64,000 nt of DNA, taken from NCBI GenBank assembly GCA_043228905.1, contig JBHGNT010000003.1, positions 17,546,001 through 17,610,000 of the forward strand, in the 5' to 3' direction. A program made the translations under genes and the position numbers. How positions within the stretch are numbered: the stretch's first letter is position 1; every line of letters begins with the position of its first letter. The notes under the pieces are model-generated. The model had not been told where the DNA came from. It saw nothing but the letters and a program-made list of their open reading frames with translations, and made no database searches. Origin of the DNA: Azolla caroliniana (lineage: Eukaryota; Plantae; Polypodiophyta). Positions 22,701-36,058 of this stretch are shown here, one piece after another.

Positions 22701-25700
22701 GTTGTCCCCTTTATAGGCATCTAGAACTCTTCATGCAAATAAAAATATATTTATTCTTTTAGCATGCACCTTTACTTATCTTTCTTGGGCGCCTTGTGTA
22801 AGCAAAATGTCAATCACAATGTCTAGCCATTAACACTCTCTTCAATTGACCCATTTGAAGTCCACATAATGCTCTCGTTGTCCAAACAAGGCTTGAACCC
22901 TTGACCTTCTATGATTCGAGCTATGTCTTTTCATAATTTTGGATTACTTATGTCACATTCCAATTTCCTCTTATCATACTTATATTTTTGTTACCCTTCA
23001 ACCTTTCATCTAACTTAAGTTTGATGTATTTCTTCTTGTGAGCTTCCCACATCACATACATCATTCTTTACCTTTGCCTCTCTATTGCCACTAGCAGGGT
23101 TCAAAGTCAAAGCTTCGACCTTGTTCCAATTATTTCTTCAACTAGAACCTAACCTATTATAAAATTTGGCTTTTAGGTGTTCTTCCCTTCACACACACCA
23201 TATCACAACAATGTCTCAAGATGCCCTTCTATATAGCTCAACACCTAAGGTTCCCAGGCTACCATACATTTTCCCATGTGTCATAGGTCCTTATAGGTTA
23301 GCCTTGGTTCTTAGGGTTAGCCTTGGTTCTTAGGATAACTAGTTTCCCGACTACCTTACCCATAACCCATTAAAATTAGGTTTCAAGTAGGTCGTAAGTA
23401 ATGCCCATGACAAATGTGCACATCAATTACCAAGACTACATTTTACATTTGGGAAAATTTCCACCATTGATCACATTTAGGATTGCTTTATCCTCATTTT
23501 CAACCTCCACTCAAACCTTACATAATCTCACTTTGGTTAGTTAGAGTTGTTGAACCATATGCCTTTCTTTGACTTCAGTGCATGTGTTTTGAATCATCTC
23601 ATTATAGAAATGTTTCAATCAAAGAGTTTGATTGCACATTATGTTTGGCTTTCTCTTAAATTGTCCATGTTAAAAAGAACATGTGCTCATTGGTCTTCCT
23701 CATCACTTCGTGGGGCCATCACCTCCATACATGGTCAAGAAAACCACAAATATATATTCTCCTCATCAATCCTAAAGAATATATCCTTATTAGCAATAGA
23801 GAACGAGTGTTGAAAAATGCCTTTATCAAACAAATGTTGTTTTGTATTATAAGTATGTGTGCTCAAATTGGACCAAATTCCCTACTATGCATATGAAAAT
23901 AGGCTTGAATTGAGGACATATCTTGCATATCTCCCTTTCAATTGTGCATAATGACATAATTAGTTAATATGATAGTAATCGCTCCCACATAATCTAATAT
24001 GAGAATTTCTTTTGTTAGGCGATATGGAAAATTTAATGTGCATGTTCTCGTAATTGTTTTGTTAAGATGCATGATCTCAATCTAAAATAAGAAGATTTTT
24101 CATACAAAGAACATGACATTTTAAACATATGTTATCTTGTGTCTATATATATACATGATGAAACCTTAAGGATCAAATGTACAGCACACAAAGTCTCCAT
24201 CATCATCTTTGTATATCTCCATTTTAAGAATTTTAATAAAATCAGTTCTAAAATCTTTAAACCATGCATTTCTTAAACTAGTTGGTGGAGATGCCCAAAG
24301 TCGGTTATCTACATATTGTGCTACAACGCATAATATCTTCTTATGTTTCACTTTCATAGTTGTGCACTTATAAGTTATAATGCATGTAATATCTCTAACA
24401 ACTAACAAGCTTACCAAGTAATGTACTTCATGGTATGTCTAAAAACTGGAGAATTATGCAATTACCCTAAATCTCTTCACATTCTCTATATAACCATTAG
24501 AGTTATTGTTGTTGTAATTTTTCATGATTATCATTAATATATGAGGAGAGCTCCATTTTTATTAATCGCAAGAAATATTTACAAATCTCTCTCGCGTAAT
24601 GTAGATACAAATGCATCTGGCAAATCTATAGGAAATAATTATTATAATAGGATGTGATAAGTTGAAATCTTAAACATGGAAAATCAATTGAAGTTTGTCA
24701 CAAACAATATCGAGGAAGAAATGGAGATGTGCCGAAACAAGGTTTATACCTTTGTACTATTTTTTGTGCTTGCCACTTGGCCCTAAAACCTTTTAACTTT
24801 ATCCAAATTTAAGGGTATATACACGTTCAACACATTGGCAGAATATCTCAAAGCATACATCCACACAACCACATCAGCTACGTAAACACAATACATCCTT
24901 ATCAAATAATCTAGCCAGGAACACAAACGCACAACAAATAACCTAATTGAAGTATCTCATTAAATGGTCTATTAATTGAGGTAAAGTTGAGACCCAACAT
25001 ACAAGGTACAACGTCCACATACATGAAAACCTTGGCCTTGAAATTAGTCGGACCAAAATGTATGTAGGGATTTAGCTCCGTGGCAGCAAGGATGTTTAAC
25101 TTCCCCTTCAAATGCATGTTATGAAGGTGATAATCTAGATTAATATTTTCCATTGTGTCTTTTGGGTTCTCAATCTAACTTTGGGGTGCATTGTAGAAGG
25201 GTGAATGTGTATAGAATGCCCCCATAATTTATTGTAATGTGTGGGCACGAGTAGGGGGCATGGTATATGTTAGAGGTTGGGAGGTGAAAAAGTATGATAT
25301 TCCCTTGTTTGTAAAGTGGGCATGTCAATCAACATAAGATGTCACTTTTCGTCATGATGGTTGTATATGGAAATGCTCAAATACTTCTCTCCCTTTCCCT
25401 AGACAATTTATATTTTGTAATACGCAATTTAAAATGTTGGGCATTTGTTACGACATCAAGTCTTATCATCGGCTTCTAAGTTACAAATGTAATCTACATA
25501 TGGGCATGGTTACCATCATATGTAACTAAGCATATTAACCACCATTGACCATAGCTTTCATAAAACATCCCATGACTGTGGCTTCTATAAGAAACACCTA
25601 TATGTATACATGTCTCCTTCTAATGGTGCCAAAACTCAACGATATCAGTACTCTTGGTGGTTTATTTCCAAGGATGAATCAAACATCCTCACACAATAGA

Positions 25701-27467
25701 ATTTAGCAAATTCTCTTTATTGGAGTAATGTTGCCTTGAGACAAATGCCATATCTATAAGAAGAGAGTTTTGATTTGAGAGTCACTATCCAACAATAGGT
25801 GGACTAAGTTTCTAGATTTTGTGGGCATTTATGAGATGCACGCCAACATGGCTTGTGTAGAATACATGCCCAAAGTGTGTAGATATATTTGGCCAAATCC
25901 ATTGTCCTACATTGACACCTTTGTATTGCTTACATGTTGAATGTTCTTAAAATTCTGTAACTTGTTTAATAGCACATTATATTAAGATACCACTAACCAT
26001 TTTATTAGGTATCTACTAATACCAATTAACCATGTTTGAAGGATTCCGAGAAACTCCAACCCTACGCTATTGTGGGGTCATTATCAAAACTCATAACTAT
26101 AAATTTAGTTATGTTGTTTGCAACTTTTGAGCATGCGCATGTACACTTGCCGACATACATATTTCTCATAATGATCTTATAATATTCCAATATTCACATT
26201 TCATAAGGAGAAAGAATGAGGACAGATTTTGCACTGATTATGATTTGCTTTACATTCCTCGCAAACATCACTAGTTCCTTTCTTTGCTCAAGAATCAATA
26301 TTCGACCAATAAGATCGAGGGGTAGAAAAAGTTAATGATGATCCATACACAAGTCAAGAAAGAGAAGGTTGCAATAATACTATAATAGCAACAAGAATAG
26401 GAATCAAATGTCATATCAAAATTTTATAAAGATTATATTTGTTCAATTTGCATTCCCACATAATAAGGAATATGACTTCCACAACCTTGCTAGACTAGTA
26501 ATAATTTAATTTGTTTGCACGTGCACATTATTGTGAAACACTCAAGTTTAATATCTATGTGTCTTGCTTGGTTAGCACGATTCCACATATCTTTTTGACT
26601 TAGAAAGATGAATAGTGTGGATCTTGGAAAAGAGAAATCGTTGGTAGCTTGATTGATACTAACAGAATAAAGCGAATTGGCCACAAATCAATCTATATAT
26701 CAGTAACCTGTGGTCAAATAGAATTACTGAACAAACCTGATTGATACTAATATGTGGAGTGTGACTATTCGTTATAAAGTGGTTATTCTCTAAATATAAT
26801 AGGAAGGGTGCGCACATATGTATATTTAGAAACATACGCATCCTCACCAAAATATATGTTCACCAATATGACGAAGAACTACACCCTGTCCAATGAAAAC
26901 AAGGTGCAATAATATATGCTAATTAGAGTGGGTACTTCTAGAAGAACCAAAAGAGAATCGAGGTTGCTAGCTCTAGCATAGTGGTGTCTCAGAAGTTGAA
27001 CCTGATCACTTTAGTACTTGTCAATTAGAGATAGATTTGAAAAAGGGTTTTTGTTGGTGTGGGGCATGGGAAGTGGAAATAGTTTGGAGAAAGTGCTTAG
27101 AACATGCTTCTAATATGTGGGTGTCGCTTTGGCTGCACTAATAAAATACCAGGGCTACTTAGGCCATGCAATGCTCACGATATGATGGGGGAGGTAGGCA
27201 GGCACAATGTGGACAATGGAGTCTTGCTGTCGAACCCATTAGGCCTTGTGAATAAAATACCTCAACACTCGCAATCCGATGGGGGGAGGCAGCCACAACG
27301 TGGACAATAGGGCCCCGTCGTGGTTTCTTGTGTTCTTTCTTCTTCACTGTCATCTTCTTTTTCCTGAAGAGTAATTATGCCGATTGCGTGCCATCATCAT
27401 GTACAAACTGGTGAAGATGGGAAACAACGATGATTTCTCGCCGAATGACAATGAAGGGTGAATCCCA

Positions 27468-27501
<34 letters not shown>

Positions 27502-27734
27502 GGATCCAACGGTGGAGATTGGAGGAGGAGGTGTGGCCATGGAAATGGTATCACAGTTTTTTTTTTGTTTTAATTGGTAAAAGAAAGGAAGAAAGAAAAG
27601 GGAAGAAAATAAATAAAAATTCGGGAAAATTGGTTTTTGGTTTTGGTTCTCTGTTTTTAAAGACGGCGGTTTTCTGGAGAATAAGAAAAACCATTGTTTT
27701 CTCAGTAGCAGCATCAGCATCAGCACTCAGCAGT

Positions 27735-27803
27735 AGAAGAAGCAGAAACAGAAGAAGAAACAGAAGAAGAAGAAGAAGAAGAAGAAGAAGAAGAAGAAGA
27801 AGA
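27735..27803 (+). repeat. (GAA)n repeat in the PDX1 5'UTR exon
   Basis: Direct reading; lies just upstream of the donor CAG|GTAATC at 27840. Confidence 0.8.
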
Positions 27804-28759
27804 ATACCCTGTTCTACCTCAGATCAGATCTCTCTACAGGTAATCTGTCTGTCTGTCTGTCTGTCTGTCTGTTTCTCTCTCCCCACCCTATTACTACTGT
27901 CTGTATATTTCATCTTAATAGTTGTATTTGGGGTTCGCACGTGAACTCTGCGTTTCTTCCGATGTCATAGCTTTTCTTTTTTGGCTATTTCTCTATATTA
28001 TGTTTTTCATTTTGTTATTCTGTTTAAGCGGATAAAGATCCGGGTTTCCCCTCGTTTTTGTCTGTTTTGAGAGAGAGAGAGAGAGCGAGAGATTACGCGA
28101 TCTGTCATGTGCCTCGTGCTTCTGTGTTTTTGTGTGAGATTATTAGGTTTTTGTGTTTTATGTAGATGTTAGGAATCGATGCCTCTTTTAAGATACTGAT
28201 TATTAGGTTTTTGTGTGAGATTACTAGGTTTTTGTTTGATGAGCCGGAGTTAGGTTTTCTGATGTTTTTTGTTTTGATGAGGAGTGAGATTGAGGGTTTT
28301 GTGATGTGTATGGTCTGTGCGATTAAAGTTAATAATGTCTTTGTGACGATGAGGTTGCTCTATCTATTTTTAAGAGAGATACACACATTAAGTTTGGCGA
28401 TGTTCCTGTGGTAAGAGGGAGATTGTGTTTTACAGTGTATGCATCTCTATATGTGGAGACTGTGTGTGTGTGTGTGTGCGCGCGCATGAGCTGTTTCATA
28501 TAAACAGTGCTGCTTTTTAGTTTCATACTAGAGTTTCTCTCTTCAATGTTATACCTTTTTGTTTGTATTGATCTTGATCCTTTCTTCCTCTCAAGAGGCA
28601 CTTTGTATGTAGCAAATGCTTGGATGTTTAGATAGCTTTGCCACACAAGGATGACTTTTTATTTACATTCAATTTGGAATTTTAGTAGGGTTTTTTTTTT
28701 TTCTTTCGGAAATGTGGTATGTTATTCACTCGAGAACGGATGTCTTTGGTAAACCAGGT

Positions 28760-29689
28760 ATGGCAAGCAATGGAGTCGTGACTGTCTATGGGAATGGTGT
28801 AATCTCGGATCCTAAGAAATCATCCTATGCGGTGAAAGTGGGACTAGCTCAGATGTTGAGAGGTGGTGTGATAATGGATGTCGTGAATGTCGAGCAAGCA
28901 CGCATCGCAGAAGAGGCGGGAGCCACTGCTGTGATGGCCCTTGAACGTGTCCCCGCCGACATTAGAGCTGAAGGTGGTGTTGCTCGTATGAGTGACCCTG
29001 GCTTAATCAAAGAAATCAAGAATGCTGTTACTATCCCCGTGATGGCAAAGGCGAGAATCGGTCATTTTGTTGAGGCCCAAGTTCTGGAAGCCATCGGTGT
29101 TGATTATATAGATGAGAGTGAGGTTTTGACTCCCGCGGACGATGTGAACCACATCAATAAGCACAATTTCCGGATTCCATTCGTGTGTGGGTGTAGGAAC
29201 TTAGGGGAGGCTCTGAGAAGGATTGCCGAGGGTGCAGCAATGATACGAACAAAAGGCGAGGCGGGAACGGGTAATGTAGTGGAAGCTGTGAGGCATGTGA
29301 GATCTGTTCTCGGTGAGATTAGGAAGCTTCAGAGCCTAGACGATGATGAAGTTTTCACCTTTGCTAAGGAAATTGCTGCTCCCTATGAACTTGTAAGGCA
29401 AACTAAGCAATTGGGACGTCTTCCAGTTGTGAATTTCGCTGCAGGTGGTGTCGCCACCCCTGCTGATGCAGCTTTGATGATGCAACTTGGCTGTGATGGT
29501 GTCTTTGTTGGATCAGGTATATTTAAGAGTGGAAACCCTATCCAACGTGCGAGAGCGATTGTTTCAGCCGTGACCCATTTCAATGATCCTAGTGTTATTG
29601 CGGATGTTAGTTGCGGATTGGGTGAAGCGATGGTTGGCATCAACCTTAATGATAAAAAGGCTGAACGATTCGCCGCCAGGTCTGAGTAA
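28760..29689 (+). CDS. PDX1: Pyridoxal 5'-phosphate synthase subunit PDX1 (309 aa), intronless CDS, predicted 5'UTR intron 27840-28757
   Basis: [80 protein letters not shown]. The ATG at 28760 follows an AG acceptor at 28756-28757, so the longer in-frame ORF start at 28712 is probably intronic. Confidence 0.96.
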   Translation: MASNGVVTVYGNGVISDPKKSSYAVKVGLAQMLRGGVIMDVVNVEQARIAEEAGATAVMALERVPADIRAEGGVARMSDPGLIKEIKNAVTIPVMAKARIGHFVEAQVLEAIGVDYIDESEVLTPADDVNHINKHNFRIPFVCGCRNLGEALRRIAEGAAMIRTKGEAGTGNVVEAVRHVRSVLGEIRKLQSLDDDEVFTFAKEIAAPYELVRQTKQLGRLPVVNFAAGGVATPADAALMMQLGCDGVFVGSGIFKSGNPIQRARAIVSAVTHFNDPSVIADVSCGLGEAMVGINLNDKKAERFAARSE

Positions 29690-30829
29690 TGAGTAAAAAG
29701 CTTGATAATTCTACTTCTCGTGGATGGGCTCTTAGAATGTACTGGTTAGGAACATCTTTTTTTCCAAGTACTCGTCTGGGGTTTTGCAAAAAGGAAAAAT
29801 GAGGTGCTTGGTGCTGTTTGGTCTTAGTTGTTTTCTTGGTTCATGAGGGAAAGCCGCTTGTACTGCATATATGTTATTGTCACCCCTCTATTTTTGCATT
29901 GCTTTATTTACTCCATTGCTACAAGACTGTACTCTCTGTGTTTTTTAAACTTTTGTCTAATTTTGGGGAGTAAAAAATGTGTTTCTGGGAATTTGCACTA
30001 CCATTGGTTTGTGCTGGATAGATAGATAAGTAATGGGAGAGGATCTGATAACAATGGATTAATGCTTCATAGATAAGTATTGGGAAGTAAAATATCTGTT
30101 TCTGGGTATTTGCACTACTGGTTCCTGTTGGATATATGAGTGTTGGGGAGGACCTTAATCCTCGGAATTGAAACTGCACTTACACCTAAGGTTGCCTAGC
30201 TCTTGAATTAGGAAGAATCTTGTGCATGCTTCATGAAAGTAGTAGGGGTTTAAGTTAATCTAAGCTAATGTTGATGGTAAATTTGGAACAGTGTGCTGGA
30301 AATTTCTAGGAAACTTAACACTTATCACCTCTAAGCAAAGAAATAAGTACCTCTTAAAATGTGAGTGAAAGAAAGATGATGGCATATGGTAAAAACTTCA
30401 TGATGGTAAATCGTGATTTGTTAGAAATGCAAGCTTCTTGAAGATGTTGGAAGGGATAGAGGTTCATTGATTAATGTTAAAAAGTGGACTTGCGTATCAT
30501 GGTAAATGTGAAATTGCCTGAATGGTTGTGTGAGGATAGGTGCAAGTTTTGTAGTAGGCATAAAATAAGATTAAAACCCTTCTAGCCGTCAAAAGAGTGT
30601 TAAAGCTTATTTTTTACTATTACTCTTAGAAAGAGTTATTGAAGTTTCTAAACAAGATGGCTCAGATGTTTTGTGCTCATGACACCATCTCTTAGTCTTT
30701 CTTGCATTCGGGGTTTGTTCAATATGTTTGTAGGTTTTGGCTTTTGTAGATAAGTGTCAAATCAAAGGTAGTGGTTCAAACAAGTAGGTAATTGTCAATC
30801 AAAGTAACAGGAGGTAGTAGTTCAAACTA

Positions 30830-31400
30830 GAGCTTGCTCATTATCAACAAACTAGATCATGGAGTATGAGATGCCTTTTTAGGTGTACTTGTACTCGTGC
30901 TTGAGACATCACGTTATTTACACAAAGGCTACTCTTGAAAGGCATAGCCAACATCTAGCAAGGACACAAAAAAGACATACTTGATGTGATAGTTGCTCGT
31001 TGAAATGATGTTGCCTACATGGAAGGTTCCTGACTCTTTCTAGACACTTAAAGAATAATGAGGCGACGTGTACGCCATCTTTGCATATAATAGAATTGAT
31101 GAATACAGTTGAGATCACCATATATTATAGAAGTAATAGTGTTATAAGCAACGCCGTTATCATTCTAAGGTTGTCTAGAGAGATCAAGAGAATATGTGGA
31201 TCTTCAACAAGGTTTCATGTACATAATAGCACTCTTGAAGATTTATACATCAAGGGGACAAGCACTCGATCATACATCTCATACAATGAAAGTGGAAGTT
31301 GTTGATGATATGTGCATTGAAGCTTGTACCAACATTGAGTGTTTTGGAGACGTGCATTTAATTGTGATTGAATCTAAGATAGGAATTATGCTGAATTAAT
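30830..31400 (-). pseudogene. Possible PIF/Harbinger transposase relic
   Basis: Minus-strand fragments resembling SMLVQA, D-x-x-IF and LLDVGY in Harbinger order. Heavily decayed. Confidence 0.3.
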
Positions 31401-32210
31401 AATATTTGTTGAGTAGTGTGAAGATCCATCTCTAGGGTTTTGGAACATGATGTCAGGGGCATTATGAACATAAATTACACAATAGTACACTTGCCATTAT
31501 TCATAGTCATAGTCATTGTCTTTGCAACATGTCAAGCCTCATACTTCGATGTAACAACGAGCCTTGAGGATGACAAGGATTCACCAAACAGTAATCAAAC
31601 GAGTAGAAAACCAAGAACGGTATAAAATGCTTAAAATTGTTTGATGCAAAAAAAGAAAAAGAGAAACAAAGGGTGTGACATCTCAAGTGCAAGAATTATT
31701 GTCGTGCAATACCTATTTTGAATCGAATCGTAGTATGTACTACGCATATGGGAACGACCTCATAATGCACCCATCCAAATTGAATATCTAGAAGGGAGAG
31801 ATTCTGAGATCCATAAGGATCATCAATGAAATCCAAAGGGACTCATACGGGGTTTTGGTATGGGAACAATGCCTATGAATTGAACCGAATCGAAGTACAT
31901 ACGATGCATCCCCGGAATGCAACCACTCGAGGGAACGATTCGTAAATTCATAAGGATCATTAATGAGATCCAAGGGACTCACTCAACTTCGATATGGAAA
32001 CGAGAAGCGTCATCTGAAATTACAAAGGCCCCTTGGCCCAGTCCCTTTTTCTGGAGATCGGTGGGGTGGGGGCATAGGCAAGTCGAAAGTGTGGAAGATG
32101 AGGAGAGATGTTCGGCAACCTCTTCCTTCGATCGTGGTCTCTCAAATTTTTGGTCCAAGGATTGTTGGTTGGGCAGGAAGGGCATTTGGGGAATTTCACA
32201 GAAACCTTTA

Positions 32211-32275
32211 ACTTGACTTGACTTGACTTGACTTGACTTGACTGACTGACAGGAGGAGGAGGAGGAGGAGGAAGG
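32211..32275 (+). repeat. (ACTTG)n and (GGA)n microsatellites in the 5'UTR of the SEC-C gene
   Basis: Direct reading. Confidence 0.85.
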
Positions 32276-32277
32276 AG

Positions 32278-35200
32278 ATGGCGATGGTTATTAGGGCATG
32301 GAGAAGACACCACCATCGATGTGCTCTCATTTCTCTTCCTCCTCCACCTTCTCTCTCAAACAAGCCAAGATGCCTTGCTTCTTCTTCTGCTCCTGCTTCA
32401 GATGGTGGTGGTCTCTTCTCTTCTCTTGTTGGCAGGATCAAAGGTGTCTTCAAGAGCCCTGCATCAGATCCACCACAGAATGTTTCTCCATCTTCTCAAC
32501 CACAAGAACAAAAACAGCAGCAGCAACAACAACAAAACATTCCAGATTTCACCTTAATGGGTTGGTCTCTCTCCCTCTCTCTCTCCCTCTCTCTCTCTCT
32601 CGATCATTTTAATGAAGTTCCTTTGTTTTACATTCATTCATCACATATCACAATTCGGCTTTTTACATAACGGCCACTTCATTGGCCAATTTTGGCCTTA
32701 GAAGACGTTAATATATCTTTCTTTCTTTCTCTGAAATTGTAGTGGAAACAACAACTTCCTGTAAACCGCACCGCAATTTCTATTCTTCTTCCATGTCACA
32801 AACATGGTGAAAAATCAAAGGTTGACACGAAATACAACTTTTGTTTCTTTTTTATGTTAGAATCACCGTAGAGACAAAAAAAACTTCACATAAACCTCAA
32901 TGTAGCTGGAAGCAATTTGAAAACAAAAAGCTTCACATAAACCACAATAGAGAGCAGAAGTCTTTGCATGTAAGGGGAGGAACAAAGGAACAAACAAGTC
33001 AATACATGATGGGAGTTATTATATGGTGGAAGAGAAGATGAATGGGCATGAATCAATAAACGGGATCGAAATCATCACATGTTTGTGGATTGATATTCAA
33101 ACACGATATGCAATAATTTCCAGGAGGAAGATATGATGTGGAGGGTTTTGTTGCATCTCAAGCATGTATTCCACAAAGCCCCTGCATGCTCAAATTCTGA
33201 ACGGGAAGTGATACAGTCTCGACAAGTAGAAGCATGTACGCTGTGTTTATCTTGACTTGGAGAAAGTTTGTAAGATCACAGTTTTGGACATTTTCAAACT
33301 CTTTCCAACTAGATTTGGAGATGGGACCACACACACTTCAAACCTATGTAGAAGCACACGTGTCTCTCATGTATCAATGAGGTATTCCTTGACAACCTGG
33401 GATTTTATTTCTTTGTGCATCTATATTCTAACAGATCTACATCACATTTGGCATAAACAGACCTATGCTCTCATTGCCCAATGGTAACCTTCAATGACTT
33501 CTTATTGTATGATCTCGCTAAAGATATGTTCCAATCCCTCAACACATAACCCAAAGAGCGCCAGTGAATGTGGACATCCGTGCTTTGCACCTAGAGTACA
33601 TAAAGCTGACATCCTTGCTTTGTATATTCTACATAAATTGTGTTGCCTGTGCTATGTCCTGTCACCATATATTTCTAACAACTATCATGTTTAGGTCTTA
33701 TTTATTAATTGTAACATATACACAAGTTAGCTGCTTTGCATAGTCCTGGCCATTCTTTTCTTGACGAGGAGGCCAATGTGTTAAGTTTTGATGATGGTTC
33801 ATTCCACTTGATCAGCCCATTCTTCGGATTTCTTCCTCATCTCGGAGAATACATGGTTCTTCTGTGATAATTTCCTCTTAATCAAACACTCTGGGTAAGA
33901 GCCTTCTTCATCAGATCTGGCTTTGGTTATCCCTCAACATTTAGACACACTTATTCATGGATCAGTTTTGCAGAAGTTGGCTGATTCTGGTGACATGTCA
34001 ATGCTGCCATTTACTTTCTCCTTAATGATGTTTTTGAGGGACGTTTTCTTGAGAACTGTGTAGTGTGCTCCTTCTCTCAGAGTTTGTTTTTCATAGTATT
34101 TGTACAATGTTCTTTCAACTATTCAGAGCATTTTGGGAAACTCATTTTATCAGGTGGTAGGGTCTCATTTGTATTCAAATCCATCAATTCAGGTTCAATC
34201 AACATTTATATACAATACAGCTATAAAGTGCTACTAGAATTCGTTTATTTTTTTCTGTCTCCGCCCATACCATAATTGATGTAGTGGCTTCTACCTATTA
34301 CTACTTCTCTTTTTCGCTCCTCTCTTATACCGATCCTTAGGGCAGGCATGTCAAGCTTGTTTCACCTTGTTCCTTAGTGCTAACTTGCGAACATCTGAAA
34401 TGCATTTGCACTGGTGTTTCTTACTTTTGAATAATGTATATATTATTAATTTTTGACTGTCATGCAATATTAACTTATGGGATCCATTTCTGAAGCGTTT
34501 GCAAATGAATTAAAGAAAGCTCGGCGGATTGAAAGTCTTACAAAATTAGTTAAGACACAACCAGCTGTGAGTCAGACATCAGCAATTGGCAAAATAGATA
34601 AATTTGAAGTCATACTAGAAGCCCTTTCGAAACATGATCCGATGGGCCAAGTATGTAAATCTCCAATGCTTTTCTCTTCCCTGAAACAGTACTTTAATGC
34701 AAAGGCTAAATAGAAATGGTAAATTTGGCATATGCAGAATTTAGAGGCAAAACATAAGGCAGAAGTAGCAGAAAAGTGTGGTTGCAGTATTCAAGACATA
34801 AACGATGTACTTGGAAAGTATGAGTGGATGAAGACAGCACATGCGAAACTTCAGCAAATGCATGCAAAAGGAGAGGGAATTCCAAAGACGTTGGATGATG
34901 TATCGATGACCGTAGACCCCATTTTATCTGTTTTTGGTTGTCTTTCTCTCAGTTTTTACAGAAATTATTTTGTGTTCTTGTGCTTTGAATCTAGATGAAG
35001 AAGCTATTAGTAGACACATCTCCTCGCAAATATAATACAACTCAACATCCGGTAAAAAATGAAGTTGCTAGGAATGCATCATGTCCGTGTGGTTCTGGGA
35101 AAAAGTATAAAAGGTAGTATTTTTTCTTTTCTGATCTACAAGAGTGATATTGTATGTGTCTTCATTGTTCAAGAGCTAGGTTATGAATAAATTGATTTAG

Positions 35201-36058
35201 TAATGGTTAGAGCCAACCATATGCACATTTAGGATATAAACTATTGATCATATTATTACTATGAATTGCTTGGACTGTAGAATACTTATAGAGGTAGTGA
35301 CTCGTGACATACGGAGACCCGCATTATTAAAACAGAAAACTGCCGTGCAGTACATTTGAGTCATTGAAATAGGTATTCCATTGAATAATCCATCCATCTG
35401 ATCTAGGCAGTCTTGAACGGTTATCAGCAGCTCTCCTTACTAATCTAGGGTACAAGGCTTAAGCTACCAAAGCGGTGAAGAGATGGTACAATTACAAGTA
35501 TATATGGCCAATTCAATTAACACACTTAAGGTTGTAAAGATCTTGCTGCCAGCTGGATACCTTCAAGTTTGTTGCATCTTGGACAATAATTGGTTTTTGT
35601 TTCTTGGGCATTAAAGCAATTGGGATGGCATGTTTGTTGAAGGGTTTTTTGAAAAGGCTGATTTTGTTAAGGGAATGGCTTGTACAAGCATTATTCATGA
35701 TACAGATGTAGCTTTTGTTGGTAAGGTTTCACTCCCCTACATTTGAGTCTTTATTTTATAACTTGAATGTTGATGCATGAGTTGTTAAAAACATGGCATA
35801 CCACTAAAATATTCGAAAGGGACAGTAGCAATGGCTTTCAGTGGTGTGATCTTGTAGTTTTGTATCCTATTGTTATGCAAGTAAATACAATATCCTTTAT
35901 TGAAACAAAAGGGAAAAGGAAAGAATATGCTCACTTTCCGTGATGTGAGAGCGGTGTAACTAAAATAAAATGATGTGAGCAGTGTAAAGAAAATAAGGTT
36001 TTGTATATGTATGAGAGAACTTTGTTTATGCAGGTGTTGTGGAAGAGGAAGCTCATAG
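32278..36058 (+). CDS. SEC-C (SecA-type zinc-binding) motif protein with SRP54 M-domain-like region and organellar targeting peptide, 247 aa; exons 32278-32560, 34496-34650, 34738-34899, 34995-35113, 36034-36058
   Basis: The spliced frame (744 nt, GT-AG introns) gives an R/S-rich N-terminus, DFTLMAFANELKKARR, DPMGQNLEAKHKAEVAEKCGCSIQDINDVLGKYEW and C-terminal RNASCPCGSGKKYKRCCG. Confidence 0.88.

Noticed and set aside
21700-26900. Possible decayed TE coding relics in the intergenic region
   Set aside because: No motif could be read with enough confidence to assign a family by eye.
27397-27944. Arg-rich 148-aa ORF and antisense 109-aa ORF
   Set aside because: These are translations of (GA)n/(GAA)n repeats in the PDX1 promoter and 5'UTR.
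28712-28759. 16-aa N-terminal extension of PDX1
   Set aside because: It lies in the predicted 5'UTR intron; [11 protein letters not shown] matches the usual plant PDX1 start.
32900-34050. Coding-like or LINE-like sequence in intron 1 of the SEC-C gene
   Set aside because: Only short interrupted frames and no diagnostic RT or endonuclease motif.
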